From Haliotis rufescens (taxonomy: Eukaryota): 64,000 nt of DNA. The stretch spans positions 14,632,001-14,696,000 of the forward strand of contig NW_025963779.1 of NCBI RefSeq assembly GCF_023055435.1. Direction: 5' to 3'. This document shows positions 40,801 through 50,656 of this stretch, piece after piece; position 1 is the first letter of the stretch; each line of letters starts with the position of its first letter. A program made the translations under genes and the position numbers. The notes beneath the pieces were generated by a model that worked only from the letters and a program-made list of their open reading frames with translations, had not been told where the DNA came from and searched no databases.

Positions 40801-41753
40801 AAGTAATATTTATTGAAATATATATAACACATATGGAGAAAAGAGAGGTCTTCTCTTTGTCATATTGGCAGAATTTGTTTCATGACAGTTGACCTCTCGT
40901 ACCAGAGTTACACATTAATGGGCACAAGAAGCCTCCTTATGACCAATTACTACTACTACTTTTCACATAACCCTTACCCAATCACGCTATTTAACACGGT
41001 CATGCATAGTCAGGTCTCTGCTGGATGCTTTCCGGGATACTATGTTTCTAGGATATAATGATAAATAACCTGGACCCATTTTTTTCCTCATTCGACTTGA
41101 TATATCGAGAACTCGCTTTCAGAAGAGTAATTTTGATTGGTTGTTGATTTCAAGCGCATGCGCAAGAGCAAGTATGCGCTAAGATGATAGTGGAGAGATA
41201 GAGAATGTGACGTAACTTCCAAAACGAAGCTATGTGACAAATAGGTCCAGGGTATTTAACATAATAGAATGGAGATACACTACACTGGATAATCGTGGGT
41301 GCTTTAAGGCCTTAACCCCAAACCCCTTTCAGACATTAACGTTTGGATAGACGAAGGGCGGTCGGTAGCCTAGTGGTTAAAGCGTTCGCTGGTCACGCCG
41401 AAGACCCAGGTTCGATTCCCGACATGGGTACAACGTGGGAAGCCCATTTCTGGTGTCCCCCGCCATAGTAATGCTGAAATATTGCTGAAAGCGGCGTAAA
41501 ACCATATTCACTCACTTTGATAGACGACCTGAGGGGATAACAAATACGACGAAAACACGCCATGGTATGAGTACTACTTGTATTTCATTTGGATATTTCA
41601 GAATCAAATCTTGGATACATCATTGGAGGTGTAGTTGGCGGTGTACTGGTGATTTTAGTGATTGGAGCAGCTGTATTCATCAGTGTTAAAAGACCGTTTA
41701 AATCTCGAAATAACAACGCGAATGTTCAAGCAAAGTATGTGAACAAACATTGA
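10739..41753 (+). CDS. Gene B: complete 26-exon gene for a type I membrane protein, signal peptide + 8 CUB domains + TM + short tail (~1035 aa; cubilin-like CUB repeats, no EGF or protease domain)
   Basis: Hand-spliced exons, all AG/GT bounded and phase-compatible: 10739-10808, 14087-14165, 15182-15306, 16568-16717, 17634-17718, 18308-18435, 18986-19123, 19687-19768, 21682-21809, 22357-22497, 23505-23589, 24020-24141, 24382-24537, 24816-24897, 26508-26638, 29155-29331, 30759-30849, 32405-32538, 33181-33324, 34825-34906, 36473-36603, 37482-37616, 39319-39409, 39849-39967, 40265-40414, 41602-41753. Sum is 3108 nt = 1036 codons with no internal stop. Repeated CUB motifs: C..SP[GN]YP..Y / C.W.I..C..D...YDG / CG..F.[ST]D..GF...Y. 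The 3' end is uncertain (possible donor at 41735). Confidence 0.88.
11066..11414. mobile_element. Non-autonomous DNA element, CAG...CTG ends
   Basis: Flanked by a ctatag direct repeat (11060-11065, 11415-11420); imperfect TIRs; empty site in gene C intron 1 (~52665). Confidence 0.55.
14087..16717 (+). CDS. Gene B CUB1 (exons 14087-14165, 15182-15306, 16568-16717)
   Basis: [27 protein letters not shown] / [42 protein letters not shown] / [49 protein letters not shown]. Confidence 0.9.
14455..14830 (+). mobile_element. Tc1-like transposon 5' relic with HTH (mirror copy ~150-360 on -, internally deleted)
   Basis: [36 protein letters not shown] is a paired-like HTH typical of Tc1 transposase N-termini. 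Confidence 0.8.
15320..15510 (+). mobile_element. Interspersed SINE-like family (cccgtgaagatcc...cgtaagaggcgactaacgggatcgggtggtcagg); other copies ~24983-25078, 39555-39640, 51640-51878 (-), 56434-56620
   Basis: Multiple diverged copies within the window in both orientations. Confidence 0.65.
15958..16608 (+). repeat. Local ~365-bp-offset tandem duplication of intron end plus first 41 nt of the CUB1c exon
   Basis: 15958-16243 is repeated at ~16332-16608; only one copy in gene C. Confidence 0.85.
17634..19123 (+). CDS. Gene B CUB2 (exons 17634-17718, 18308-18435, 18986-19123)
   Basis: [28 protein letters not shown] / [42 protein letters not shown] / [46 protein letters not shown]; an in-frame alternative acceptor lies 6 nt upstream of 18986. 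Confidence 0.9.
19687..22497 (+). CDS. Gene B CUB3 (exons 19687-19768, 21682-21809, 22357-22497)
   Basis: [27 protein letters not shown] / [42 protein letters not shown] / [47 protein letters not shown]. Confidence 0.92.
20953..21086. repeat. Fold-back hairpin / MITE, ~46-bp imperfect arms
   Basis: atgaatacacaatgtca...caaatgtt / aacatttg...tgacattgtgtattcat. Confidence 0.75.
22813..22892 (+). mobile_element. Penelope-like 3' stub with truncated minimal hammerhead core
   Basis: TGATGA-A-GGAGTA-agcata-TACTCC-GAAAC-gttg then AATAAA; absent at the paralogous site of gene C (~63215). Confidence 0.6.
23505..24537 (+). CDS. Gene B CUB4 (exons 23505-23589, 24020-24141, 24382-24537)
   Basis: [28 protein letters not shown] / [41 protein letters not shown] / [51 protein letters not shown]; the most canonical CUB of the eight. 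Confidence 0.93.
24816..29331 (+). CDS. Gene B CUB5 (exons 24816-24897, 26508-26638, 29155-29331)
   Basis: [27 protein letters not shown] / [44 protein letters not shown] / [58 protein letters not shown]. Confidence 0.88.
27201..27486 (-). mobile_element. Full-length tRNA-derived SINE (Leu-like head, (ACTC)n tail); other copies ~27078-27187, 34236-34485 (-), 35830-36066, 39030-39195, 47815-47940
   Basis: 13-bp TSD gtaaaacccatga (27188-27200, 27487-27499); A box tggcccagtcgtctaaggcg, B box ggttcgagtcc. Confidence 0.85.
27750..28470 (+). mobile_element. Degenerate REL-endonuclease non-LTR retrotransposon fragment (R4/Dong-like)
   Basis: [27 protein letters not shown], then the zinc knuckle [18 protein letters not shown] and ..KILWN..ANKPDLV.FDK endonuclease motif; stops and frameshifts; abuts a degenerate (TAA)n at 27706-27745. 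Confidence 0.8.
29581..29875 (-). mobile_element. MITE of CATCTTCCCGAGGCAA-TIR family, internally deleted copy
   Basis: Ends tgcctcgggaagatg; shares internal blocks with the 33486, 36754 and 41897 copies. Confidence 0.75.
30759..33324 (+). CDS. Gene B CUB6 (exons 30759-30849, 32405-32538, 33181-33324)
   Basis: [30 protein letters not shown] / [45 protein letters not shown] / [47 protein letters not shown]. Confidence 0.88.
31190..32100 (+). mobile_element. Degenerate Tc1 (DD34E-type) transposase
   Basis: HTH ([19 protein letters not shown]), [41 protein letters not shown]; multiple frameshifts. Confidence 0.88.
33486..33925 (+). mobile_element. MITE of CATCTTCCCGAGGCAA-TIR family
   Basis: TIRs catcttctcaaggcaagggagtt / aactcctttgccttgggaagatg; 8-bp TSD tccaagat / tcgaagat. 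Confidence 0.85.
34825..37616 (+). CDS. Gene B CUB7, divergent (exons 34825-34906, 36473-36603, 37482-37616)
   Basis: [27 protein letters not shown] / [44 protein letters not shown] / [44 protein letters not shown]; the first exon is supported by strong splice sites, phase 1-2 and Cys position rather than by SPGYP. Confidence 0.82.
36754..37190 (+). mobile_element. MITE of CATCTTCCCGAGGCAA-TIR family
   Basis: TIRs catcttcccgaggcaa / ttgcctcgggaagatg; 8-bp TSD ccagggta / tcagggta. Confidence 0.85.
38625..38849 (-). mobile_element. tRNA-derived SINE with a conserved central domain (V/Meta-like, unassigned); related partial copy ~26040-26215
   Basis: On -: A box tggcctagtgg, B box ggttcgatgcc, then taaatatggtacttattgttttccttcgctggcgcttcgcattaagggg. 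Confidence 0.75.
39319..40414 (+). CDS. Gene B CUB8 (exons 39319-39409, 39849-39967, 40265-40414)
   Basis: [30 protein letters not shown] / [40 protein letters not shown] / [49 protein letters not shown]. Confidence 0.9.
41069..41251. mobile_element. Small MITE
   Basis: Imperfect TIRs cctggacccattt / aaataggtccagg. Confidence 0.5.
41354..41516 (+). mobile_element. tRNA-derived SINE (~165 bp, actc tail)
   Basis: A box tagcctagtgg, B box ggttcgattcc; gatagacga is repeated on both flanks. Confidence 0.88.
41602..41753 (+). CDS. Gene B transmembrane/cytoplasmic exon
   Basis: tttcag| phase 1; [29 protein letters not shown] followed by stop-transfer KRPFKSR then [14 protein letters not shown]. 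Confidence 0.85.
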
Positions 41754-41895
41754 GTAACTAATAAGGTACATGTCTTTCAGATATGACCAATGCGAGAGAA
41801 TACGGAGAACAGTTTAAATCTTAAAGCACAATGTGCATACGTTTACATCTTGTTTAATATTGAAATAATAGAGAGAGCAATTGTAAATTGAAGGA

Positions 41896-42300
41896 CATCT
41901 TCCGAGGCAAGGATGTTTCCACCCTTGCCGAAATAGGCCTGAATTCCGGAGTTAAATTTGGCTGGACTAACGGCGCATAGTCTGATCAAAATCGCGAACT
42001 AGACATCCGGTTCGTAAACCACATGGATTTCAAAATGCAGACTGTCGATTGCATTATTTGAAAAGCATGTGTACCGCCAACCGGGCGTCGACAGATATTT
42101 AGCAAACCTTCTCATGTTCTTAATGGAGGTGCTCAAGTGATGTGATGCACTTCGCGGGGTAAGATTCGTTTTATAATAATATAGATCTTGATTATCAATC
42201 AGATCGTCTTGACTGAGCGCCATTTTGTTTGACGCAAATGCAAGTGATATGAGACGGACCTAGAAGGGACATAACTCATTGGTGGCGCTACGATCGAGCC
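41896..42300 (-). mobile_element. MITE of CATCTTCCCGAGGCAA-TIR family, one end lost
   Basis: catcttccgaggcaagg start; internal region is the reverse complement of 36790-37130 (shared pseudo-ORF [11 protein letters not shown]). Confidence 0.8.
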
Positions 42301-42301
42301 T

Positions 42302-42685
42302 TAGTGGACGTTACACGAACGTTCTGAGAACATCCCATTACAGGTCTCGTCTCGTGACCTTTCGCGAACCAACCAAAGAAATGACTAACACTAAGTCGAC
42401 AGTAGCCAATCAGAAAGCAGCTCTCTTGATCTTAAGGCGCTAGTTTCGACATGGCGATTTCCATTTCAGACCACATCCTGAAAGATATTTCCACAAAGTT
42501 CTCAATTCAAAATTTGAAAACTGAACAACAGAATATTGTGGAATGTCTAATTGGGGGCCGCGATTGTACGGCAGTACATCCCGCGGGTTGTGGAAAGTTT
42601 TGTCCGTTGCAGCCCGTAACTGTCGTACTGAATGTCCATGTTACCTTTTTTGAGGTTGCATGACGAGACCTTTAATGAGACGTCT
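42302..42685 (+). mobile_element. Internally deleted Academ(H)-like DNA transposon carrying a RecQ-type helicase N-terminus
   Basis: ORF 42451-42663 LKTEQQNIVECLIGGRDCTAVHPAGCGK resembles the RecQ Q-motif plus Walker A; starts TAG; subterminal inverted repeat cccattacaggtctcgtc / gacgagacctttaatgag. Confidence 0.6.
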
Positions 42686-42982
42686 TTTAAATTGTATAGC
42701 GGCTGCGCTGACTTAGATCTGATTTTAATGAGTTTGGTATTTTAGACAGGTACATTATTCCATTGCAGGTGAAATCATAGACTATTAGTGTGAAGTCGTG
42801 GACGGTCACAGCAACATTTTGTTTTGAGATGGATCGTGCTGAAAGACTCACACCAATAAGTAGATTACACATTTTCATCGTTGTCGAACAGGAACAGTTC
42901 GGGACCATTAATAGATAATATGGTAAGGGGCGTATTGATTTCAAATGGTATATATGGAAGGGAATCCAGTGCTGAATTTGTC

Positions 42983-43841
42983 AGGAGAGACGTGAACATC
43001 AGATGCGACACTTGTCTGTGAAGATGTGGACACCTACAGCTACATTTGTCTGTGGAAACGTGAACACCTGATGCTACACTTGTCTGTAGTAGCGTGAACA
43101 CCTGATGCTACACTTGTCTGTAAAAACGTGGACACCTACAGCTACATTTGTCTGTGGAAACGTGAACACCTGATGCTACACTTGTCTGTAGTAGCGTGAA
43201 CACCTGATGCTACACTTGTCTGTAAAAACGTGGACACCTACAGCTACATTTGTCTGTGGAAACGTGAACACCTGATGCTACACTTGTCTGTAAAGAAGTG
43301 GACACCTACAGCTACATTTGTCTGTGGAAACGTGAACACCTGGTGCTACACTTGTCGAACGAGACGTGAACTCCTGATGCCCGATGTGTGTGGAGAGACG
43401 TGAACACCTGGTGCTACACTTGTCTGCGAAGACGTGAACACCTGATGCTACACTTGTCTGTAGTAGCGTGAACACCTGATGCTACACTTGTCTGTGGTAG
43501 CGTGAACAACTGGTGCTACACTTGTCTGTAAAGTCGCGGACACCTACAGCTACATTTGTCTGTAGTAGCGTGAACACCTGGTGCTACACTTGTCTATGAA
43601 GACGTGAACACCAGATACTACACTTGTCTGTAAAGTCGTGGACACCTACAGCTACATTTGTCTGTAGTAGCGTGAACACCTGGTGCTACACTTGTCTATG
43701 AAGACGTGAACACCAGATACTACACTTGTCTGTGAAGACGTGAACACCAGCTGTTAATCTTGTCTGTAAAGACGTGGACACCAACAACTACATTTGTCTG
43801 TAGAAACGAGAACACCTGATGCTACACTTGTCGAACGAGAC
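42983..43841. repeat. 34-bp minisatellite, ~25 units, partly organised as a 102-bp higher-order repeat
   Basis: Unit cgtgaacacctgatgctacacttgtctgtagtag; the variant gtggacacctacagctacatttg recurs at 43026, 43128, 43230. Confidence 0.95.
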
Positions 43842-44729
43842 CAGAGACTTGTATTTTCGCTATTTAGAGAGATCGATTAATCATAATGTATATCTATGTC
43901 AAAGAACAATATCTGATTTCAAGATTTTGTTACGTCCATTTGATGTATTTGAAGAAGTCGATCATTATAACTTCTGAAATATATTTACCTTTGTTATGTT
44001 CTGCGATTGACTGTGAATTTTTAGATGCTGGTAGATCTCTCTTACTGTCCACCAGCTGTCGGGCATAAAGGTGTTTTGAATGTCAACACACATTTACGCG
44101 TATGAGTGAGTCATCATTCATGACGCCCTCAACATGTTCAATGGACTAATGATTTACAGCTTGAGACAGGTTGAAGTGTAAGTGATCAAAGAAAGAATTT
44201 GTTTGAGGGGAACTGCAATCGCTTGTTTTGAAAATGGATCGACTGAAATTATAACAGACCTCCAGGTAATATACGTATTTGCGTAAGCTGTGCACAACAC
44301 TTCACCATAACCAAATTAAAGTACGCAAAGTAAAGTCAAAACAATGGTATAACGACACAGTGTAATTACCCAATGTAGTCTTTTTAACTTGGGTACCTGT
44401 ATGTATTTGCAAATATATTATAATATATACTTTTAAATCTTGCAACAATGTATTTCGTTTTTATTTCAACAGTCTGAAGCATAGTTATTTCATTACAGGC
44501 AATTTCTGCAAAAACATTTTTTTTCGAAAAAATCCCAGGTCCCCGTCCCATTCTTTTCAACTCAGCCTGTACATAATCAAGTCTGGAGTAGACAAACCAA
44601 TGGTTGACTTATGTGCAACGTTCCACGCCGTCGGAACACGATAAAACACGCACGTCATCGAACCTGGGCACAAGATCCAATTATTTGTCGTCTCTTTACG
44701 AAATTACGTCCTAGAGTTATAGAATAAAG

Positions 44730-44958
44730 GGTAAACTCGCGACCAAGAAATAATATTTAAAGGAAATGGGATTCGAATTCACGTCCATGAATTATAAAAA
44801 ATAAGAATGGGAATCGAACTCATGACCAAGAAGTATATTCAAAATTAATATTGGATTCGAACTCACGACCAAGAATTAAGATAAAAAGGATATTGGATTC
44901 GATCTCACGACAATTGGGAAGCGGCGCCTTACGTATAGACAGACCACTGGGCCACACA
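44730..44958 (-). repeat. tRNA/SINE head with tandemly amplified B-box unit (~40 bp x 4-5)
   Basis: On -: tggcccagtggtct A box, followed by repeated ggtcgtgagttcgaatcc-like units separated by T-rich linkers. Confidence 0.7.
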
Positions 44959-45114
44959 GCATGGAAGAAAACAGACATTTCTTAATTAATCCCATTATGC
45001 ATCCCTCTCACATAGCTGACGATTAAATTCCTTGTGTTTTAATTAGGATAATGTACACATATACTTTGGGAGGTTATCCTCTGTGAAAATGACATTCTTA
45101 AATACTGGGTAAGT

Positions 45115-45280
45115 GTGAGTGATCGAGTATGGTTTTACGCCGCTTTTAGCAATATTCCAGCAATATCACGACGGGGGACATCAGAAATGGGCTTCACACA
45201 ATGTACCCATGTCGGAAATCGAACCCGGGTCTTCGGCGTGACGAATGAACGCTTTAACCACTAGGCTACCCGACCGCCCC
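45115..45280 (-). mobile_element. Same SINE family as 41354-41516; degenerate third copy ~32598-32755
   Basis: Perfect 12-bp TSD tactgggtaagt (45103-45114, 45281-45292). Confidence 0.9.
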
Positions 45281-48200
45281 TACTGGGTAAGTAAGTGAGT
45301 TTGAATCTGCGATGTCATCAGCTGTTAGTGAAAAGTGTCAGCATTTCCTGGTTGTGCACGCGTGTGCAGTGGTGTCATGCTGACGAACACCAAAACAACA
45401 TTATCGGGGCGCATCTGGGATCATAGGCTTCCGACACGCACAAGGGACGCAACTTTACACCAGGCCCTCAGACACTGAGCCATATGGGGATTCTCAAAAC
45501 CTCAAAGAATGTGCTTGACTGTTTGCAATCTCAGAAAAAAAACAAGTTTAATTCTGTCAAAATATTTAATTTTCATCTTTTTAAACACTATCCCATACAA
45601 CAAACTTCAGGAGAAACATCCTTCCTTCATCCAGGGCTATTTGTTACTGAACGTGGTGACAATAGGTATAGTTACAACTCTATTTTCTGAGGTTCGTGCC
45701 AATTTGTCAAAGAAGAAAGCAAATGTCAGCTGAAGCTGGACTTCCTAATCTATAATTAACATATATGTGAAATGTGGCGGTAAGACATCAGCAATAGTGT
45801 GTGAGTGAGTGAATTGTGTTTAACGCCACTTTTAACAGTATTCCAGTTATATCACGGCGTTCATCAGCAATAAATAAATAGGGATCCTAATGGACACTAA
45901 CTGTATTTCCCTCCTTGTAGGTCTGTTTCGTTTTGACTATTATTCAGAATTTCTTCTCGGATTGGCAAAGTCAATACAAGGGAATTTGGGCAAAGAAGTT
46001 TAACTTGAGCTTGAGGTATATCGATTATCGTATGTCGTTCAATAAGGGTCTGATTAACACTGATTTACGCAACTGAACTAAAAGAATATAGGAGACCAGT
46101 GAGCCCGTCTCATATTTAGACCTATGCATAAAAGTTAATTTTCAGTGACAAAAAACTCTCCTCAAGACGTATGTGTGACACCATCGATGACTCCACCTTT
46201 CAGTATTCAACGTTAACGTTATGTTGAGCAAATTCCTAGCAGTTCAAGTTTACATTTCACAATTTGTCAGGTGCAACCGAGCATTCTTTCGACGAATATT
46301 TCAAAGAGCGTCATACGACTCTCGATCCAAAGTTGTGTTGCATTACTGACAAAACTTGATACCTGTGCCACATGTTCCTGGTGAACAATTTACCTCCATT
46401 TGCATGTGTTTGTGACGGGTGGATACATTCACCTTTTCGCGAGCACCTTGTATCATCCCTATTTGATAATGATTCATAAACACCTGCTTATGACATAGCC
46501 AGAATCGAACAATTGGCTCTGCTTTCAGTAGGATAAGGATAAGGATAAGTTTTATTCCACACTGAAAGGCCTCAGGCCCATAGTACAATTCTGTTTTCGG
46601 GAGTGGTTACAGATCCGTCAAACAGGTCATATTCTAATTAACATAGTATGATAAGTGTTTTCCTGCTACTTGTGACTGCAGATACAAACAGTTGCACCGA
46701 GCATACCATAAGGCTCTTTGGACATTCAGACAAATGCAGGAAATGTGATGTAACAATTCTTTGTCCCGTTATTAACAGTTGTGCGTCCTGAGGTAAGTTA
46801 TGTACATATCTACAACACATACACACACGAACGGACGCACGCACGCACTATTAATCAAAGCTCTCAATAAAATGCCAACTTTGTCTATCGGAGACACCCC
46901 CAAGTAACTTTGAGCTATTCATTGTATTGTATTTACTACAAAAGCAAATACTTAAGTGTTACATGTTTCATAGGAAGGGGCATACACACAATATTCATAC
47001 TGCGTCCGCGTGTGAATATACGTAACCCTTGGATTCTCGGTTTCATCATTTTTCACACAAGTGGTACATTTCAATTGGTTATATGGATAATGAAGCATAG
47101 GTATGACATGAAAAACACAATTCGTCAGTCCACAACAACTCCAATCAGTCAATCTGTATTGTTCATACAATATCATATCCCTGGACATAAAACTTTTTCA
47201 GCTTTTCCTCTACCCTTTAGTGGTATCTGTACCCTTTGTGCATTATCGTATTGCTCATGTCAGTGACTGAATTTAACCACATGTTTGGTTAAAAAACATA
47301 AAAACACTTAAACATTTCTGACGTCATAACATATGAGATGATAACCATCATTCAATGCACCACCCTCAAAACCCTTGTGTACATGATGTTGGAGTTTTGT
47401 ATCGCCTGTGTCTGTGACTCGGTTACATATGATTATAATACAACTTTCCCAGCAAAATTTGAAACATGGATGGAAATCAAATGTGCATTATATGTGAGAT
47501 GATGATAACTGAATCACAAAACAACTTCAATGGCGTATCCCAACTCGAAATATGAATGAGGGGATTGCGAACATTTAGATTTGTTACTAGAGTGTAATCA
47601 TTACATGTATTTTCTGTATACACTATATGCAAATGACAAACTTCAGAACGATCAAACCTGGTAAATTAATTACCATAAAATAACAATATTTACACACACA
47701 TTCCAACTGAATCATTTTACAGTTTTTTCGCTTGAAAGTTGTCCACATGATACGTGTACATTGTGTTGTTTTGCCACACTGAACAGATCATTCTAAACAT
47801 AATGTAGAAACTATTGTGGTAAACGTCTAAGACCTGCATCACTTCGGGCTTCCTCCCACATTAAGCTGACACGCTGCGATACAACTGTAATATTGTTAAA
47901 AGCGGCGTGAAACCCAACTCACTTACTCACTCACTCACTCAAACCCAATTTAGCATGACAAAACCATACTTTAACTACCACTTCTTACTTTTTCAGTTTG
48001 TAAACAGTAATAAGCAGCTGCAGTGTCTTAAGTGTAAAAAGAACTGCATCAGCTTCAGAAGCAGAGCCATTAGTGATGTCATTTGATTGTGACGTTACGG
48101 TAACCAATGACGTCACAATGGTCTGCAAAGCATTGTGATGCAATTTCGTTGCAGCGATATCTACAATGTACATATCGCTTGATCTCACCCAAGCGATATC

Positions 48201-48510
48201 TCCAGTTATAGCTAAAATTGATAGAATTACCATTAAACAGTCCGTATGTTATCAGAAATGAGCGGGCCACTGTAACTTGATAATGCCCTCATATTGGTTG
48301 ACGATGGGCCATTATCACGCCCGTTGTTAGGTGACGTCATATTGATGTTCAATAGTGACGTCAACTGGTTTGTTCTATGACGTTTTCATATTTGTAAAAC
48401 TGGGTCAGTGACATTCGTTGTGTGTTGATTACAGTAAACGTTTCAAAAGCGATATATATTGTTGTTTATTTTCATTCGCTAACAAATTATATCCATTTTA
48501 ACTATAATAA

Positions 48511-48640
48511 CGGTAACTCTATGTTTCAGGGCATTATCATTTCCAGAAGCCGTCGGACCTTTCAACTGCCCTCCTCCGGGCAGTTAATGGAAGACCTCGG
48601 GCTTCTGCAAATGATAATGCCCTGAAAAATAGCGTTACCG
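48511..48640. repeat. Fold-back hairpin, ~41-bp arms with nested inner stem
   Basis: cggtaactctatgtttcagggcattatcatttccagaagcc / ggcttctgcaaatgataatgccctgaaaaatagcgttaccg; inner aactgccc / gggcagtt. Confidence 0.8.
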
Positions 48641-48869
48641 GGGTACCCTTATGTGAGTGCCATTTTTGGATGATAAATTTGGATGTTCTGACGACAATTG
48701 ATGTACATGTACATAAAACATACATTTCAAACTATTACACAATATTTAGCTGTGTTAATGGCCTTCTGTCTGGTTGTAATACCTTCTACGGAATGTATAA
48801 AACGTGTTTTACCCTTATTTAATAGCTGGTTTTCATATACATATTAAACGAGAGTTGGGGAATTAGCTC

Positions 48870-49409
48870 GCTTAGCAGAGGTACCACTGTACACGACCAA
48901 CCCACACAACAACACAAGGCCAGGGTGAATAAGCAGTCAGTTTATTAGACAGCCACGGAACCTTACAAATAATCAGTCAAATAGAAATGTTTACAATCAA
49001 TTATTAGAGCATGTTGACAATCAGTTGTAGAAGTACATATATGTGAAGAACATTAGGTGAACATGATATAGAATCATTACATGAGATACATGCTATATTA
49101 TTTACGATACATATTCTAAGGTACTCAACGTAATACAACAGTTTACATATGATTGAATATAGTATACCCGACACACTCTAACTAATACATTACCCGAGCG
49201 GGCATTCACACCAGATACATTCTATTCAGCCACAATACATATTCCAAAAGGTAAACAGCGCAATACATTGGCATAATCTATACACAGAAGTAGTACAATG
49301 GGAATATCTAAGATACACACACAAGTATGACACCTTCAGTTACCAATTAACTTGTAGGTATTGCCAAGGATAATAGCATATAGTTAAGATTTAACATAGT
49401 TACTGTACA
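48870..49409 (-). mobile_element. Possible LTR (48888-49409) with adjacent PBS-like TGGTACC
   Basis: TGTACA...TGTACA termini, AATAAA plus GT-rich tract near the 3' end on -, TGG one nt beyond; not present in the gene B upstream homolog. Confidence 0.4.
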
Positions 49410-50485
49410 AGATAGTAACGTTTTGTAATTGAGTGAATAAACAGTCAGTTAATAAGACAGCCGCAGAATGATTTGTGACTGTCTGTCGTCCGTATTTATA
49501 CCTATTCTAGCTACTACAGATAATCTCATTTACTGATTGAACTGACGATAAAGTTGTATTGTGAACTTTAGTGGCCGCTATCTATTCGAACTTATCCACG
49601 GATTATCCGCGTATTATTCGCAATAATACTCAGAACACGACAACAAACTTTTACGTTGCAGTGAAATGTCAGCCCTTTGATATCTTTGCAAAGCATTTTA
49701 GACGTTTTCAGAAAGCCTTCACGTTAGTGTGTGTAACTGTAAGGCCTTTATTTATTGTGGTGGGTTGTTAAGGGCTGCGTTCAAACTTATAGTTGGGTTC
49801 CCGACTTCACTGCAGAAACAAATTAAACCGGCAATCGCGTCACTGGTCCACACGGTAACAACACTTGCCCATTGCTTACTGTTGTGGGCAAATTGAGTTG
49901 CCGGGTAGACGTAGCTGTATTCTCTCGTGGATTTATTTGCTCGTTTTGTATCCCCATCATAAAGGGTGATGCACTTCAGTGATCCATTCATATAATTTTT
50001 AGTCACGATTTTTCCTTTCACTTCAATTTTATTGCGGCAGATACTTGAGAGGTTGACGTTCTAGATTTACATACACACAGTGTGAAATACGATCTTACAA
50101 CATTTTTTATATATTCTCTGCAACGTGACCATTTGAAGTAATTGTATTGTTTATAGTTTAAACAAAATCAATAATTGCCCTATCGTGTCTAGTCAAAACT
50201 TAATTGTTTACAGGCCACACAACATATAATGAAATAAATGATAAAAGTGACATGATGTTTTAATATTTATTTGCAATTGTGAAATACGCAAATGTTTGGG
50301 CTAACATAAATGTAAATATGAACTTATTGTTTTATTGTCTTGATAGATAGATCAGCATTTGTAATGTCAGCAAGGACCGCATTCCACGCTCGAAATACCT
50401 CTGCAAACGTGACAAAACGTTTCAAATAGTAGGCATTCCAATATGGAAATATGGAAAATCATCCTTTGAAAAATGAATACAATTA

Positions 50486-50656
50486 GGAGATAAACAAACT
50501 GTGTTTTCAACGTAGAGCTAGGTTACCTGTAGATTTAACCGCGCTAAATTGAATTTGGACCCGAACGTGCAGCGTGAGGTTTCAAATGTTTAATTTAGCG
50601 CGGTTAAATCTACAGGAAACCTAGCTCTACATTGAAAACACAATATGTTTATCTCC
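50486..50656. repeat. Fold-back hairpin / MITE, ~65-bp arms
   Basis: ggagataaaca...gtagagctaggttacctgtagatttaaccgcgctaaatt / aatttagcgcggttaaatctacaggaaacctagctctac...tgtttatctcc. Confidence 0.85.

Noticed and set aside
41354-41516. tRNA genes here and at 45115-45280, 27201-27486, 38625-38849, 21183-21283
   Set aside because: A/B boxes are followed by non-tRNA bodies and tails, several have TSDs, and they are multicopy, so they are SINEs
10739-41753. Naming gene B cubilin, tolloid/BMP1, neuropilin or DMBT1
   Set aside because: No EGF, astacin, FA58C/MAM, SRCR or ZP exons were found and a TM exon is present; no gene symbol is justified
42983-43841. CRISPR-like array or repetitive coding exon
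   Set aside because: Contiguous monomers with no unique spacers, eukaryotic context, no cas genes; frames are interrupted by stops and no compatible splice sites were found
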